Shown here: positions 11,563 through 23,475 of the stretch, piece after piece
Position numbering within the stretch: the stretch's first letter is position 1
How the letters are laid out: each line of letters starts with the position of its first letter
Source of the DNA: Eledone cirrhosa
Taxonomy: Eukaryota
DNA length: 64,000 nt
Direction: 5' to 3'
Assembly: GCA_964016885.1 (NCBI GenBank)
Contig: OZ024742.1
Location: 346,952,001-347,016,000 of the forward strand
Program-made: the position numbers and the translations under genes
Notes under the pieces: model-generated
The model's database searches: none
The model's input: only the letters and a program-made list of their open reading frames with translations
Told to the model about the DNA's origin: nothing

Positions 11563-11598
11563 TCTTCTGATGAAGGACTAGCGTCCGAAACATTAAGA
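11563..11598 (+). ncRNA. Degenerate minimal hammerhead motif
   Basis: CUGAUGA-A-GGAC-UAGC-GUCC-GAAA-CAUUAAGA. Core boxes and a 4-bp stem II are present; stem III is imperfect. Confidence 0.45.
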
Positions 11599-11757
11599 CC
11601 CTCTCTCTTCCTGCTATATTAAGGGTTAACCTAATATATCACTTCCATATACTGTACATATTGTGTTGTTATGTCTTTTTACCTTTTACATATATGAAAA
11701 TGAGGCTTTTTTTAATGAAAAATGAGATGTCCTACACGAGTGAAAGTTTAACGTAAA

Positions 11758-11932
11758 GAAATCGAAAATGCAACTGGAGTCTTTTTAAGAATAGTTATTT
11801 GTTTCTCGCATCTGTGAAACAAACCACAAACCATCCATCTCAATTCTACTTTTGAAAAGCATAAGAACTGTGAAACCGGTAAAGGAAACAAATAAATATT
11901 CTTTAAAAGACTCCAGTTGCATTTTCGATTTC
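11758..11932. repeat. 48-bp near-perfect inverted repeat with 79-bp spacer (MITE-like)
   Basis: 11758-11805 GAAATCGAAAATGCAACTGGAGTCTTTTTAAGAATAGTTATTTGTTTC versus the reverse complement of 11885-11932 (2 mismatches). No clear TSD. Confidence 0.7.
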
Positions 11933-11937
11933 GTTTC

Positions 11938-12038
<101 letters not shown>

Positions 12039-12461
12039 CTTGAATACACATTTCCTGTATATAAAGGGTATACATGCGGCATACTATTTTTACAAAGAGG
12101 GTTAAAGATGTGAGAGATATACATAGGTTTCTGAGGATCTATGAAATAATTTTGACATAATCATTTCCGTGAGATGAGTGTCATTCTGTCGGATAATGGC
12201 CATGTGTGCAGTCAAATTAGACACTTTGCTTAACAGTTCTATATCTATATCTATATCTGATTGAGCTGTGAATTAGCCAGCCAGGGTATATTGTAGGAAA
12301 GGTATTTCTCCTTGATATATAGAAAGAGTTTCATGTAAATTTTATTTCTATAATTTCAGAATAACTTATTTTCTTAGAGGTTCCAATTAGCCAGGGCTTA
12401 GATTTAATTTCCTTATCTTTTCATATCCTTGGAATATACGGCAGAGCCAGATTTATTGTTT

Positions 12462-12605
<144 letters not shown>

Positions 12606-12846
12606 ATATTAAATAAATGGAAACTATATTTATAAAACCATATTTATTCTATTATATATATTTCAAGGGTACCAAAATTTTGCTATCATCAGATAAAATA
12701 CGAAGTGTGTTTTATAAATTTTGACATAACCAAGGAGAATATACATTAACGGTTCAAGTTATCCTTGGATAGTGAAGGGAAAATAGAAGAAAAGTAAGAT
12801 ATTTCAAATTATTAAGATGAGTATGCAAATGAGGTTTAGGTATAAG

Positions 12847-13248
12847 TGTAGCAGTGAATGAAATGTATTTTCCTTCTGCGGCGGAATGGTGTTACGGAGG
12901 TAAGTTGGCTGAAGTGTGAGCCAATCGAAACCTTCGGTGCACTAATTGGACTGTCCAGAACTACGTCACCAGGTGAGCGGAGGTAACCAAGAGAGACATT
13001 AGTCTACACGCACCTCTCTTATCGACAAGACCAGGCTACACTCATCGCTGCTAACAACATCTCCATCTTGCAATGAAGCGGACCAAACTACATCCTACAC
13101 ATGTAGATACGACCTGTACCTAATGTATCCGTTCAACATGTACGACTAATAAATAGAGTTACAACATCGATAATGGATTTAGTCAATGTTCTAAATGCCT
13201 TCTGATTTCTATTATGTATACCAAGAATTGACCCTAAAACCCGTTATA
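12847..13248 (+). repeat. LTR 1 (402 bp, left boundary of array)
   Basis: Similarity to internal copies begins exactly at TG 12847. CCAAT ~12921, AATAAA 13148-13153; ends GTTATA two bases before the PBS. The 3' end is inferred from the PBS. Confidence 0.85.
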
Positions 13249-13250
13249 AA

Positions 13251-13265
13251 TGGTGACCCGAACGT
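13251..13265 (+). promoter_or_regulatory. Primer binding site, tRNA-Trp-like (repeated in every unit)
   Basis: TGGTGACCCGAACGT versus the complement of the eukaryotic tRNA-Trp 3' end TGGTGACCCCGACGT (13/15). Confidence 0.75.
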
Positions 13266-13890
13266 TTAAGGACATCAACACAGAAGAAACCACATCTTTC
13301 CGTTGCAACGAACACATCAACATTTCGCATCCCCCCCCCCCCAAAAAAAAACAAAGCCACTCGCCTTTTCTCGGGGTATGTACGCGATTAGCTTGAGTCC
13401 TAATATGTATTTGATATATTGTCTTATTGTTACTAAATCTGCACATCACACCTTCACTTTCTAACATCACCGAACACATGCGTTAATACAAAAATCTTAT
13501 TTTTTCCTCTCAATTTCTGATTGGGCGACGCTATAAAAAAAACAAAAAAAAAAACAAAAAAAAAACTGTTGGCGCCGATAGCCAGTCAGAGCAAGATGGC
13601 CGACTTCCGTCTTCTTCAGCTGTTTTCCCGCCAAAATGACGGAGGCAACGCCATTTTGAAAAGTACACAAAAAGAAAAAAAAAAAAAAGAAAATAATAGG
13701 ACAAAGATAAATCATAATTTTTTTTTTTAAAGCTTGACGTTTTTCCCTCCAACATTGTTTTTGATATATTTTTCTTTTTCTGTCTTTCACTCGGATTATA
13801 TTTTTTCTTGGCCTGAATTTTCACTTTTGTCTCGGTGACAAGTGCAGAGTTGTCCTTTCTTTGCCCTTTGCTTTTACATCAGTATACACA

Positions 13891-14799
13891 ATGGGTAGCA
13901 CTTCATTGCCACCGTTTACCGGTGACGTCACTGTCTGGTTCGCCCAGATAGAAGCACATTTCACAGCGAATAACATCACCAGTGACCACAGACAGTTAAA
14001 TCTCCTGTTAAGCGCTTTTCCAGCGTCATTGACGTCGGTCGTCAAAGACTTAATTACAGATCCTCGCCCTGGGGCCACCTATGAGAGCGTGAAGCTCGAA
14101 GTGTTGCGGCGGACCACATTGTCCGCAGAAAAAAAATTTCAGACGCTCGTCAATGACGAACATTTGGGTGATCGGACGCCCACACAACTACTGCGTCGGA
14201 TGAGAGAGCTGGCGGAAGATGCCCCAGCTGACAGTGCCCTCCTTAGACAGCTTTTTGTCTCAAGGCTACCCCCCGGAGTTCAGGCGATCTTAGCGCCCAT
14301 GATGGAGGCTGCTCCTGTCGACCAGCTAGCGGCTTCGGCCGACAGGGTTATGAGTGTCATCGGACACCCAGCCTCATTTGCCCCCTTCCAGGCACCTCAG
14401 CCACCGGCTGCGGTCAATCCGTTCTCTCCTGCCTCCTTCCAGGCACCCCAGCCACCGGCTGCGGTCAATCCGTTCGCTCCTGTCTCCTTCAATGCATCCC
14501 AGCCGCCGACTGCGGTCGCTTCCTTCACTCCAGCGGCTGCCAGTTATACCGACCAGTCACTTGCAAATGCAGCAATGCTGCAAGCAATAGAGCAGCTAAC
14601 CAAGGAAGTGAGAAAACTAAGCACTCACAGGGCTCATTCGCCCAGACGCCGTTTCCAGAGCCGTTCACCCTCGCCACGACGCCGTCACACAGGCAGTTCA
14701 GGTTTGTGTTACTACCACAGCCGTTTTGGCGCAGCAGCACGCTCCTGTAAACAGCCTTGTACATTTTCGGACCAGGGAAACAGATTTCAGGAGACCTGA
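13891..14799 (+). CDS. gag: Gag, copy 1 (302 aa from first ATG)
   Basis: N-terminal LPPF...WFAQIEAHF and [14 protein letters not shown] capsid-like motifs; C-terminal C-X2-H-X9-C-X3-C ([18 protein letters not shown]). Confidence 0.9.
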   Translation: MGSTSLPPFTGDVTVWFAQIEAHFTANNITSDHRQLNLLLSAFPASLTSVVKDLITDPRPGATYESVKLEVLRRTTLSAEKKFQTLVNDEHLGDRTPTQLLRRMRELAEDAPADSALLRQLFVSRLPPGVQAILAPMMEAAPVDQLAASADRVMSVIGHPASFAPFQAPQPPAAVNPFSPASFQAPQPPAAVNPFAPVSFNASQPPTAVASFTPAAASYTDQSLANAAMLQAIEQLTKEVRKLSTHRAHSPRRRFQSRSPSPRRRHTGSSGLCYYHSRFGAAARSCKQPCTFSDQGNRFQET

Positions 14800-17700
14800 G
14801 CACGGCACAGTCTCCTCTGACCCTCCCTAATAACCGTGTGTTTTTCATCACAGACACTGAGTCGCAAGCACGTTGTCTGATCGACACCGGCGCGGCTTGT
14901 AGCATTTGGCCGCTAAAACTTCTCAAAGAGAAGCCCCAACTCTCAACCGTCTCTCTGCAAGCAGTAAACCAGTCACCGATCCCCACGTACGGTCAGATTT
15001 CTCGTTCTTTGAACCTGGAATTGCGTAGAGATTTCACGTGGATCTTCACTGTTGCTGATCTGCCTTACCCCATCCTAGGCTCAGATTTCCTGCACCACTA
15101 TAACTTGATAGTGGATATGCGCAGACGCCGGTTGTTGGATGCCAACACAGAACTGTCTGTGCCGGGTACCAGATCGACTGTCTCGTCGGTCAGCCCGGTC
15201 TTCTTTATCGCTGCTACAGAAAATCCTTACCAATCACTTTTGCATTCCTTCCCGGAATTAACAAATTTGAATTTTGTGATGAGTGAGCCTACTCACTCCA
15301 CCAAGCACCACATTGAAACATCCGGAGCTCCTGTGTTTTCGCGCCCTCGCCGTTTCTCTGCTGAGAAACTGAAGGCCGCAAAGGCTGAATTCAATCACAT
15401 GCTGCAGCTCGGGATCATTCGCCCATCCTCAAGCCCGTGGGCCGCACCCTTGCATTTGGTACCAAAGCGTTCCGGTGATTGGCGTCCCACTGGGGACTTT
15501 CGCCGGTTAAATGCAATGACGGTACCCGACCGCTACCCGATACCACACATACAGGATTTTGCATCTTCGCTGCATGGATGCAACATATTCTCCAAATTGG
15601 ATTTGGTCAAAGCATACCACCAAATCCCGGTGAACCCGGCAGACATACCTAAAACTGCAGTAACAACTCCATTTGGAGCGTTTGAATTTTTGACCATGCC
15701 TTTCGGTTTGCGAAACGCAGCCAGCACGTTCCAACGATTTATGGATGAAGTTGTGCGCGATTTAGACTTCGTGTACAACTACATCGACGACATTCTTGTG
15801 GCAAGTGCCTCACCTGAGGAACATGTCAATCACCTCCGTCTCCTGTTCGAGAGATTTCAAAAATACCAAGTGAGAATTAATCCGGCAAAATGTGTTTTCG
15901 GTGCTTCCTCACTTGTCTTCTTGGGCCATGTCATCAGCCCAGAAGGAATTTCGCCACTACCTGATAAAGTGAAAGCGGTACAAGACCTCCAACCACCCAC
16001 TTCACTTCGTCAACTACGACATTTCCTTGGGCTACTGAACTATTACAGGCGCTTTATCCCACACTGTGCGGATCTCCTGTCTCCTCTGTCCGACCTGTTA
16101 CGTAACAGGAAAAAGAAGAACGATTCCATTTCATTGGACACGAATCAGCTAAAAGCCTTCGACGAAGTGAAGCGGAAGCTTGCGGAGACATCACTGCTTG
16201 CACATCCTGTGTCTGGTGCCCAGTTTTCACTGGTTGTTGATGCATCAGGCACAGCTGTAGGTGCAGTACTGCAACAACATCACCAACAACAGTTACAACC
16301 TCTTGCCTACTTTTCTAAACAGCTGAAGCCTGCAGAAACACGGTATAGCACATTCGGCCGTGAACTCTTGGCTATGTACCTTGCAGTGAAACACTTTCGG
16401 CATTCACTGGAGGGTCGCCAATTTGTTATATACACTGACCACCGTCCGCTTACGTTCGCACTGCGTTCTAAGCCGGACAAATATTCACCTCGCGAAACTC
16501 GCCACTTGGACTTCGTTTCGCAATTTACCAGCGATATCCGACACATCTCTGGTGAACAGAATGCGGCGGCAGATGCACTGTCTCGCCTCCCAATTAATTC
16601 CCTGTCATCGCCAGCGGAAATCGACCTCCAACGAATGGCCACAGAACAACCACCTCTGGATACTTTGGACCTCTCGTCTTCTGAATTTGCAACTGGCAAA
16701 TTTGCATATCTGCCTGTGCCCACTTCGGACACACAGATTATCTGCGACACCTCGACAGATGCACCTCGCCCTCTAGTGCCAGTGACTCATCGTCGAGCAG
16801 TTTTCGACACCTTGCACGGTCTGGCACACCCTGGAATATCGACCACAGTGAAGCTCATTTCGGCTAGATTCTTCTGGCCTAATATGAGGCGTGACATCAC
16901 TGCCTGGACACGTTCCTGCCTATCCTGCCAAAAGTCAAAGGTGCACAAACACATCCGCGCACCCCTTGGAACTTTCAGCACTCCAGACGCTAGGTTCAGC
17001 CATGTCCATATAGATCTTGTCGGACCATGGCCGGTCAGCCGAGGATTTACATACCTCCTGACCTGCATAGATCGCTTCACACGTTGGCCTGAGGCCATTC
17101 CTTTAAGTGACATTTCGGCGGAATCTGTGGCGCGAGCTCTAGTATCGGGTTGGATATCGCGTTACGGAGTTCCAGCCACTATCACCACTGACCGCGGTGG
17201 ACAATTTGAGTCACACCTTTTCCGAGAGCTTTCAAGGATCCTGGGAATGCAACGCATTCGAACGACCAGCTACCATCCAGCTTCTAACGGAATGATTGAA
17301 CGCTTCCACCGCCAATTGAAAGCCGCACTGCGCGCTTATCCGGATCAGCAGCGGTGGAGCGAATATGTACCAATTGTCCTCCTGGGCTGTCGTGCAGCCA
17401 TCAAGGAAGATCTAGGCTACTCCCCCGCCGAGTTGGTTTACGGAGTGCCTATATCTCTGCCTGGTCAGATGTTAGCTCCATTGGACCTACCAGCAACAGA
17501 CCCAGCTCTGTATGTGAGCAGACTGCAATCATATTTCAGCAATCTTCCGCCTATGCACCCTCGCCAACAGACAATCAAATCTTCGGTCCCGAAAGACATT
17601 GCTTCATGGACCCACGTCTTTTTACGAAAGGACGCCGTGAGAGCTCCTCTCATGCCACCTTATACCGGTCCCTATCGCGTGCTTGAGCGCACAGATAAGC

Positions 17701-17936
17701 TATTCACCTTAGACATTGGGGGTAAAAAAGAGACTGTGTCCATTGACAGGGTAAAACGGGCCTATACAGACACTCTCACACAAGAGCCCCATTTTCCCCC
17801 CACATACACCTGGCATCAGCCAAGCCACAATACACATATAACATCGCACACACCTACACCTACATATGTCACCACCACACGTAGCGGTCGGCGAGTACAT
17901 TGGCCCAAGAAGCTTTGCAAGACTCTTTATATATGA
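14757..17936 (+). CDS. pol: Pol polyprotein PR-RT-RNaseH-IN, copy 1 (likely expressed by -1 frameshift from gag)
   Basis: Protease DTGA; RT MPFGL..A and YIDD; RNase H DASG..RELLA..TDH..ADALSR; integrase H-H-C-C, D,D(35)E and GPY motif. Uninterrupted. Confidence 0.95.
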   Translation: MYIFGPGKQISGDLSTAQSPLTLPNNRVFFITDTESQARCLIDTGAACSIWPLKLLKEKPQLSTVSLQAVNQSPIPTYGQISRSLNLELRRDFTWIFTVADLPYPILGSDFLHHYNLIVDMRRRRLLDANTELSVPGTRSTVSSVSPVFFIAATENPYQSLLHSFPELTNLNFVMSEPTHSTKHHIETSGAPVFSRPRRFSAEKLKAAKAEFNHMLQLGIIRPSSSPWAAPLHLVPKRSGDWRPTGDFRRLNAMTVPDRYPIPHIQDFASSLHGCNIFSKLDLVKAYHQIPVNPADIPKTAVTTPFGAFEFLTMPFGLRNAASTFQRFMDEVVRDLDFVYNYIDDILVASASPEEHVNHLRLLFERFQKYQVRINPAKCVFGASSLVFLGHVISPEGISPLPDKVKAVQDLQPPTSLRQLRHFLGLLNYYRRFIPHCADLLSPLSDLLRNRKKKNDSISLDTNQLKAFDEVKRKLAETSLLAHPVSGAQFSLVVDASGTAVGAVLQQHHQQQLQPLAYFSKQLKPAETRYSTFGRELLAMYLAVKHFRHSLEGRQFVIYTDHRPLTFALRSKPDKYSPRETRHLDFVSQFTSDIRHISGEQNAAADALSRLPINSLSSPAEIDLQRMATEQPPLDTLDLSSSEFATGKFAYLPVPTSDTQIICDTSTDAPRPLVPVTHRRAVFDTLHGLAHPGISTTVKLISARFFWPNMRRDITAWTRSCLSCQKSKVHKHIRAPLGTFSTPDARFSHVHIDLVGPWPVSRGFTYLLTCIDRFTRWPEAIPLSDISAESVARALVSGWISRYGVPATITTDRGGQFESHLFRELSRILGMQRIRTTSYHPASNGMIERFHRQLKAALRAYPDQQRWSEYVPIVLLGCRAAIKEDLGYSPAELVYGVPISLPGQMLAPLDLPATDPALYVSRLQSYFSNLPPMHPRQQTIKSSVPKDIASWTHVFLRKDAVRAPLMPPYTGPYRVLERTDKLFTLDIGGKKETVSIDRVKRAYTDTLTQEPHFPPTYTWHQPSHNTHITSHTPTPTYVTTTRSGRRVHWPKKLCKTLYI
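14775..14839 (+). promoter_or_regulatory. Predicted -1 ribosomal frameshift signal (G GGA AAC + stem-loop/pseudoknot), present in every unit
   Basis: X XXY YYZ heptamer in the gag frame at 14775-14781; pol is in the -1 frame. Stem AGGAGAC(14789-95)/GTCTCCT(14810-16); loop GCACGG(14800-05) is complementary to CCGTGT(14834-39). Confidence 0.75.
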
Positions 17937-18145
17937 ACTATGTTATTTACAGCAATCTTCTTGGAGTTTGCTCCGCCCTTGTATTTGTATTAAATGTATG
18001 AACTAAGGTGAACATTACACTATTTCTGACTTTCCTGTAATATGAACATTTCTTTATCAGTGATATATTTTATTGTGTTTACTATTATATAGTACTTTTT
18101 CTTTCATTCAACTGCTACCCTTATTTCTCTGTCGGCTGTAAGCCT

Positions 18146-18158
18146 AAGCAGGGGGTGA
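18146..18158 (+). promoter_or_regulatory. Polypurine tract (before each internal LTR)
   Basis: AAGCAGGGGGTGA immediately precedes the LTR-initial TG. Confidence 0.75.
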
Positions 18159-18560
18159 TGTAGCAGTGAATGAAATGTATTTTCCTTCTGCGGCGGAATG
18201 GTGTTACGGAGGTAAGTTGGCTGAAGTGTGAGCCAATCGAAACATTCGGTGCACTAATTGGACTGTCCAGAACTACGTCACCAGGTGAGCGGAGGTAACC
18301 AAGAGAGACATTAGTCTACACGCACCTCTCTTATCGACAAGACCAGGCTACACTCATCGCTGCTAACAACATCTCCATCTTGCAATGAAGCGGACCAAAC
18401 TACATCCTACACATGTAGATACGACCTGTACCTAATGTATCCGTTCAACATGTACGACTAATAAATAGAGTTACAACATCGATAATGGATTTAGTCAATG
18501 TTCTAAATGCCTTCTGATTTCTATTATGTATACCAAGAATTGACCCTAAAACCCGTTATA
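18159..18560 (+). repeat. LTR 2 (shared by copies 1 and 2)
   Basis: Preceded by PPT, followed by PBS; near-identical to LTR 1. Confidence 0.85.
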
Positions 18561-19207
18561 AATGGTGACCCGAACGTTTAAGGACATCAACACAGAAAAA
18601 AACCACATATTTCCGTTGCAACGAACACATCAACATTTCGCATCCCCCCCCCCCCCCCCAAAAAAAAAACAAAGCCACTCGCCTTTTCTCGGGGTATGTA
18701 CGCGATTAGCTTGAGTCCTAATATGTATTTGATATATTGTCTTATTGTTACTAAATCTGCACATCACACCTTCACTTTCTAACATCACCGAACACATGCG
18801 TTAATACAAAAATCTTATTTTTTCCTCTCAATTTCTGATTGGGCGACGCTATAAAAAAAACAAAAAAAAAACAAAAAAAAAACTGTTGGCGCCGATAGCC
18901 AGTCAGAGCAAGATGGCCGACTTCCGTCTTCTTCAGCTGTTTTCCCGCCAAAATGACGGAGGCAACGCCATTTTGAAAAGTACACAAAAAGAAAAAAAAA
19001 AAAAAGAAAATAATAGGACAAAGATAAATCATAATTTTTTTTTTTAAAGCTTGACGTTTTTCCCTCCAACATTGTTTTTGATATATTTTTCTTTTTCTGT
19101 CTTTCACTCGGATTATATTTTTTCTTGGCCTGAATTTTCACTTTTGTCTCGGTGACAAGTGCAGAGTTGTCCTTTCTTTGCCCTTTGCTTTTACATCAGT
19201 ATACACA

Positions 19208-20116
19208 ATGGGTAGCACTTCATTGCCACCGTTTACCGGTGACGTCACTGTCTGGTTCGCCCAGATAGAAGCACATTTCACAGCGAATAACATCACCAGT
19301 GACCACAGACAGTTAAATCTCCTGTTAAGCGCTTTTCCAGCGTCATTGACGTCGGTCGTCAAAGACTTAATTACAGATCCTCGCCCTGGGGCCACCTATG
19401 AGAGCGTGAAGCTCGAAGTGTTGCGGCGGACCACATTGTCCGCAGAAAAAAAATTTCAGACGCTCGTCAATGACGAACATTTGGGTGATCGGACGCCCAC
19501 ACAACTACTGCGTCGGATGAGAGAGCTGGCGGAAGATGCCCCAGCTGACAGTGCCCTCCTTAGACAGCTTTTTGTCTCAAGGCTACCCCCCGGAGTTCAG
19601 GCGATCTTAGCGCCCATGATGGAGGCTGCTCCTGTCGACCAGCTAGCGGCTTCGGCCGACAGGGTTATGAGTGTCATCGGACACCCAGCCTCATTTGCCC
19701 CCTTCCAGGCACCTCAGCCACCGGCTGCGGTCAATCCGTTCTCTCCTGCCTCCTTCCAGGCACCCCAGCCACCGGCTGCGGTCAATCCGTTCGCTCCTGT
19801 CTCCTTCAATGCATCCCAGCCGCCGACTGCGGTCGCTTCCTTCACTCCAGCGGCTGCCAGTTATACCGACCAGTCACTTGCAAATGCAGCAATGCTGCAA
19901 GCAAAAGAGCAGCTAACCAATGAAGTGAGAAAACTAAGCACTCACAGGGCTCATTCGCCCAGACGCCGTTTCCAGAGCCGTTCACCCTCGCCACGACGCC
20001 GTCACACAGGCAGTTCAGGTTTGTGTTACTACCACAGCCGTTTTGGCGCAGCAGCACGCTCCTGTAAACAGCCTTGTACATTTTCGGACCAGGGAAACAG
20101 ATTTCAGGAGACCTGA
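19208..20116 (+). CDS. gag: Gag, copy 2
   Basis: As copy 1; variant QAKEQLTNE. Confidence 0.9.
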   Translation: MGSTSLPPFTGDVTVWFAQIEAHFTANNITSDHRQLNLLLSAFPASLTSVVKDLITDPRPGATYESVKLEVLRRTTLSAEKKFQTLVNDEHLGDRTPTQLLRRMRELAEDAPADSALLRQLFVSRLPPGVQAILAPMMEAAPVDQLAASADRVMSVIGHPASFAPFQAPQPPAAVNPFSPASFQAPQPPAAVNPFAPVSFNASQPPTAVASFTPAAASYTDQSLANAAMLQAKEQLTNEVRKLSTHRAHSPRRRFQSRSPSPRRRHTGSSGLCYYHSRFGAAARSCKQPCTFSDQGNRFQET

Positions 20117-23100
20117 GCACGGCACAGTCTCCTCTGACCCTCCCTAATAACCGTGTGTTTTTCATCACAGACACTGAGTCGCAAGCACGTTGTCTGATCG
20201 ACACCGGCGCGGCTTGTAGCATTTGGCCGCTAAAACTTCTCAAAGAGAAGCCCCAACTCTCAACCGTCTCTCTGCAAGCAGTAAACCAGTCACCGATCCC
20301 CACGTACGGTCAGATTTCTCGTTCTTTGAACCTGGAATTGCGTAGAGATTTCACGTGGATCTTCACTGTTGCTGATCTGCCTTACCCCATCCTAGGCTCA
20401 GATTTCCTGCACCACTATAACTTGATAGTGGATATGCGCAGACGCCGGTTGTTGGATGCCAACACAGAACTGTCTGTGCCGGGTACCAGATCGACTGTCT
20501 CGTCGGTCAGCCCGGTCTTCTTTATCGCTGCTACAGAAAATCCTTACCAATCACTTTTGCATTCCTTCCCGGAATTAACAAATTTGAATTTTGTGATGAG
20601 TGAGCCTACTCACTCCACCAAGCACCACATTGAAACATCCGGAGCTCCTGTGTTTTCGCGCCCTCGCCGTTTCTCTGCTGAGAAACTGAAGGCCGCAAAG
20701 GCTGAATTCAATCACATGCTGCAGCTCGGGATCATTCGCCCATCCTCAAGCCCGTGGGCCGCACCCTTGCATTTGGTACCAAAGCGTTCCGGTGATTGGC
20801 GTCCCACTGGGGACTTTCGCCGGTTAAATGCAATGACGGTACCCGACCGCTACCCGATACCACACATACAGGATTTTGCATCTTCGCTGCATGGATGCAA
20901 CATATTCTCCAAATTGGATTTGGTCAAAGCATACCACCAAATCCCGGTGAACCCGGCAGACATACCTAAAACTGCAGTAACAACTCCATTTGGAGCGTTT
21001 GAATTTTTGACCATGCCTTTCGGTTTGCGAAACGCAGCCAGCACGTTCCAACGATTTATGGATGAAGTTGTGCGCGATTTAGACTTCGTGTACAACTACA
21101 TCGACGACATTCTTGTGGCAAGTGCCTCACCTGAGGAACATGTCAATCACCTCCGTCTCCTGTTCGAGAGATTTCAAAAATACCAAGTGAGAATTAATCC
21201 GGCAAAATGTGTTTTCGGTGCTTCCTCACTTGTCTTCTTGGGCCATGTCATCAGCCCAGAAGGAATTTCGCCACTACCTGATAAAGTGAAAGCGGTACAA
21301 GACCTCCAACCACCCACTTCACTTCGTCAACTACGACATTTCCTTGGGCTACTGAACTATTACAGGCGCTTTATCCCACACTGTGCGGATCTCCTGTCTC
21401 CTCTGTCCGACCTGTTACGTAACAGGAAAAAGAAGAACGATTCCATTTCATTGGACACGAATCAGCTAAAAGCCTTCGACGAAGTGAAGCGGAAGCTTGC
21501 GGAGACATCACTGCTTGCACATCCTGTGTCTGGTGCCCAGTTTTCACTGGTTGTTGATGCATCAGGCACAGCTGTAGGTGCAGTACTGCAACAACATCAC
21601 CAACAACAGTTACAACCTCTTGCCTACTTTTCTAAACAGCTGAAGCCTGCAGAAACACGGTATAGCACATTCGGCCGTGAACTCTTGGCTATGTACCTTG
21701 CAGTGAAACACTTTCGGCATTCACTGGAGGGTCGCCAATTTGTTATATACACTGACCACCGTCCGCTTACGTTCGCACTGCGTTCTAAGCCGGACAAATA
21801 TTCACCTCGCGAAACTCGCCACTTGGACTTCGTTTCGCAATTTACCAGCGATATCCGACACATCTCTGGTGAACAGAATGCGGCGGCAGATGCACTGTCT
21901 CGCCTCCCAATTAATTCCCTGTCATCGCCAGCGGAAATCGACCTCCAACGAATGGCCACAGAACAACCACCTCTGGATACTTTGGACCTCTCGTCTTCTG
22001 AATTTGCAACTGGCAAATTTGCATATCTGCCTGTGCCCACTTCGGACACACAGATTATCTGCGACACCTCGACAGATGCACCTCGCCCTCTAGTGCCAGT
22101 GACTCATCGTCGAGCAGTTTTCGACACCTTGCACGGTCTGGCACACCCTGGAATATCGACCACAGTGAAGCTCATTTCGGCTAGATTCTTCTGGCCTAAT
22201 ATGAGGCGTGACATCACTGCCTGGACACGTTCCTGCCTATCCTGCCAAAAGTCAAAGGTGCACAAACACATCCGCGCACCCCTTGGAACTTTCAGCACTC
22301 CAGACGCTAGGTTCAGCCATGTCCATATAGATCTTGTCGGACCATGGCCGGTCAGCCGAGGATTTACATACCTCCTGACCTGCATAGATCGCTTCACACG
22401 TTGGCCTGAGGCCATTCCTTTAAGTGACATTTCGGCGGAATCTGTGGCGCGAGCTCTAGTATCGGGTTGGATATCGCGTTACGGAGTTCCAGCCACTATC
22501 ACCACTGACCGCGGTGGACAATTTGAGTCACACCTTTTCCGAGAGCTTTCAAGGATCCTGGGAATGCAACGCATTCGAACGACCAGCTACCATCCAGCTT
22601 CTAACGGAATGATTGAACGCTTCCACCGCCAATTGAAAGCCGCACTGCGCGCTTATCCGGATCAGCAGCGGTGGAGCGAATATGTACCAATTGTCCTCCT
22701 GGGCTGTCGTGCAGCCATCAAGGAAGATCTAGGCTACTCCCCCGCCGAGTTGGTTTACGGAGTGCCTATATCTCTGCCTGGTCAGATGTTAGCTCCATTG
22801 GACCTACCAGCAACAGACCCAGCTCTGTATGTGAGCAGACTGCAATCATATTTCAGCAATCTTCCGCCTATGCACCCTCGCCAACAGACAATCAAATCTT
22901 CGGTCCCGAAAGACATTGCTTCATGGACCCACGTCTTTTTACGAAAGGACGCCGTGAGAGCTCCTCTCATGCCACCTTATACCGGTCCCTATCGCGTGCT
23001 TGAGCGCACAGATAAGCTATTCACCTTAGACATTGGGGGTAAAAAAGAGACTGTGTCCATTGACAGGGTAAAACGGGCCTATACAGACACTCTCACACAA

Positions 23101-23253
23101 GAGCCCCATTTTCCCCCCACATACACCTGGCATCAGCCAAGCCACAATACACATATAACATCGCACACACCTACACCTACATATGTCACCACCACACGTA
23201 GCGGTCGGCGAGTACATTGGCCCAAGAAGCTTTGCAAGACTCTTTATATATGA
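20074..23253 (+). CDS. pol: Pol, copy 2
   Basis: Intact 1059-codon frame with all motifs. Confidence 0.95.
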   Translation: MYIFGPGKQISGDLSTAQSPLTLPNNRVFFITDTESQARCLIDTGAACSIWPLKLLKEKPQLSTVSLQAVNQSPIPTYGQISRSLNLELRRDFTWIFTVADLPYPILGSDFLHHYNLIVDMRRRRLLDANTELSVPGTRSTVSSVSPVFFIAATENPYQSLLHSFPELTNLNFVMSEPTHSTKHHIETSGAPVFSRPRRFSAEKLKAAKAEFNHMLQLGIIRPSSSPWAAPLHLVPKRSGDWRPTGDFRRLNAMTVPDRYPIPHIQDFASSLHGCNIFSKLDLVKAYHQIPVNPADIPKTAVTTPFGAFEFLTMPFGLRNAASTFQRFMDEVVRDLDFVYNYIDDILVASASPEEHVNHLRLLFERFQKYQVRINPAKCVFGASSLVFLGHVISPEGISPLPDKVKAVQDLQPPTSLRQLRHFLGLLNYYRRFIPHCADLLSPLSDLLRNRKKKNDSISLDTNQLKAFDEVKRKLAETSLLAHPVSGAQFSLVVDASGTAVGAVLQQHHQQQLQPLAYFSKQLKPAETRYSTFGRELLAMYLAVKHFRHSLEGRQFVIYTDHRPLTFALRSKPDKYSPRETRHLDFVSQFTSDIRHISGEQNAAADALSRLPINSLSSPAEIDLQRMATEQPPLDTLDLSSSEFATGKFAYLPVPTSDTQIICDTSTDAPRPLVPVTHRRAVFDTLHGLAHPGISTTVKLISARFFWPNMRRDITAWTRSCLSCQKSKVHKHIRAPLGTFSTPDARFSHVHIDLVGPWPVSRGFTYLLTCIDRFTRWPEAIPLSDISAESVARALVSGWISRYGVPATITTDRGGQFESHLFRELSRILGMQRIRTTSYHPASNGMIERFHRQLKAALRAYPDQQRWSEYVPIVLLGCRAAIKEDLGYSPAELVYGVPISLPGQMLAPLDLPATDPALYVSRLQSYFSNLPPMHPRQQTIKSSVPKDIASWTHVFLRKDAVRAPLMPPYTGPYRVLERTDKLFTLDIGGKKETVSIDRVKRAYTDTLTQEPHFPPTYTWHQPSHNTHITSHTPTPTYVTTTRSGRRVHWPKKLCKTLYI

Positions 23254-23475
23254 ACTATGTTATTTACAGCAATCTTCTTGGAGTTTGCTCCGCCCTTGTA
23301 TTTGTATTAAATGTATGAACTAAGGTGAACATTACACTATTTCTGACTTTCCTGTAATATGAACATTTCTTTATCAGTGATATATTTTATTGTGTTTACT
23401 ATTATATAGTACTTTTTCTTTCATTCAACTGCTACCCTTATTTCTCTGTCGGCTGTAAGCCTAAGCAGGGGGTGA

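Noticed and set aside
13570-13582. TGGCGCCGATAG as an alternative PBS (tRNA-Lys-like)
   Set aside because: Short match, not preceded by an LTR-like end, and mutated in copy 7. The Trp-like PBS at 13251 fits better and agrees with the CHCC Gag.
14757-14774. TTG start codon for pol given by the ORF track (and TTG at 13861 for gag)
   Set aside because: Artefact of bacterial-style start calling. Gag more plausibly starts at ATG 13891 and Pol is reached by frameshift.
13234-17900. Antisense and alternate-frame ORFs repeated in each unit (e.g. 153 aa, 147 aa, 108-111 aa)
   Set aside because: They recur only because the units are near-identical, have no recognisable domains, and the leader ORFs change frame with homopolymer length.
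17937-18158. Possible env or third ORF
   Set aside because: Only 222 AT-rich bases lie between the pol stop and the LTR; no room for one.
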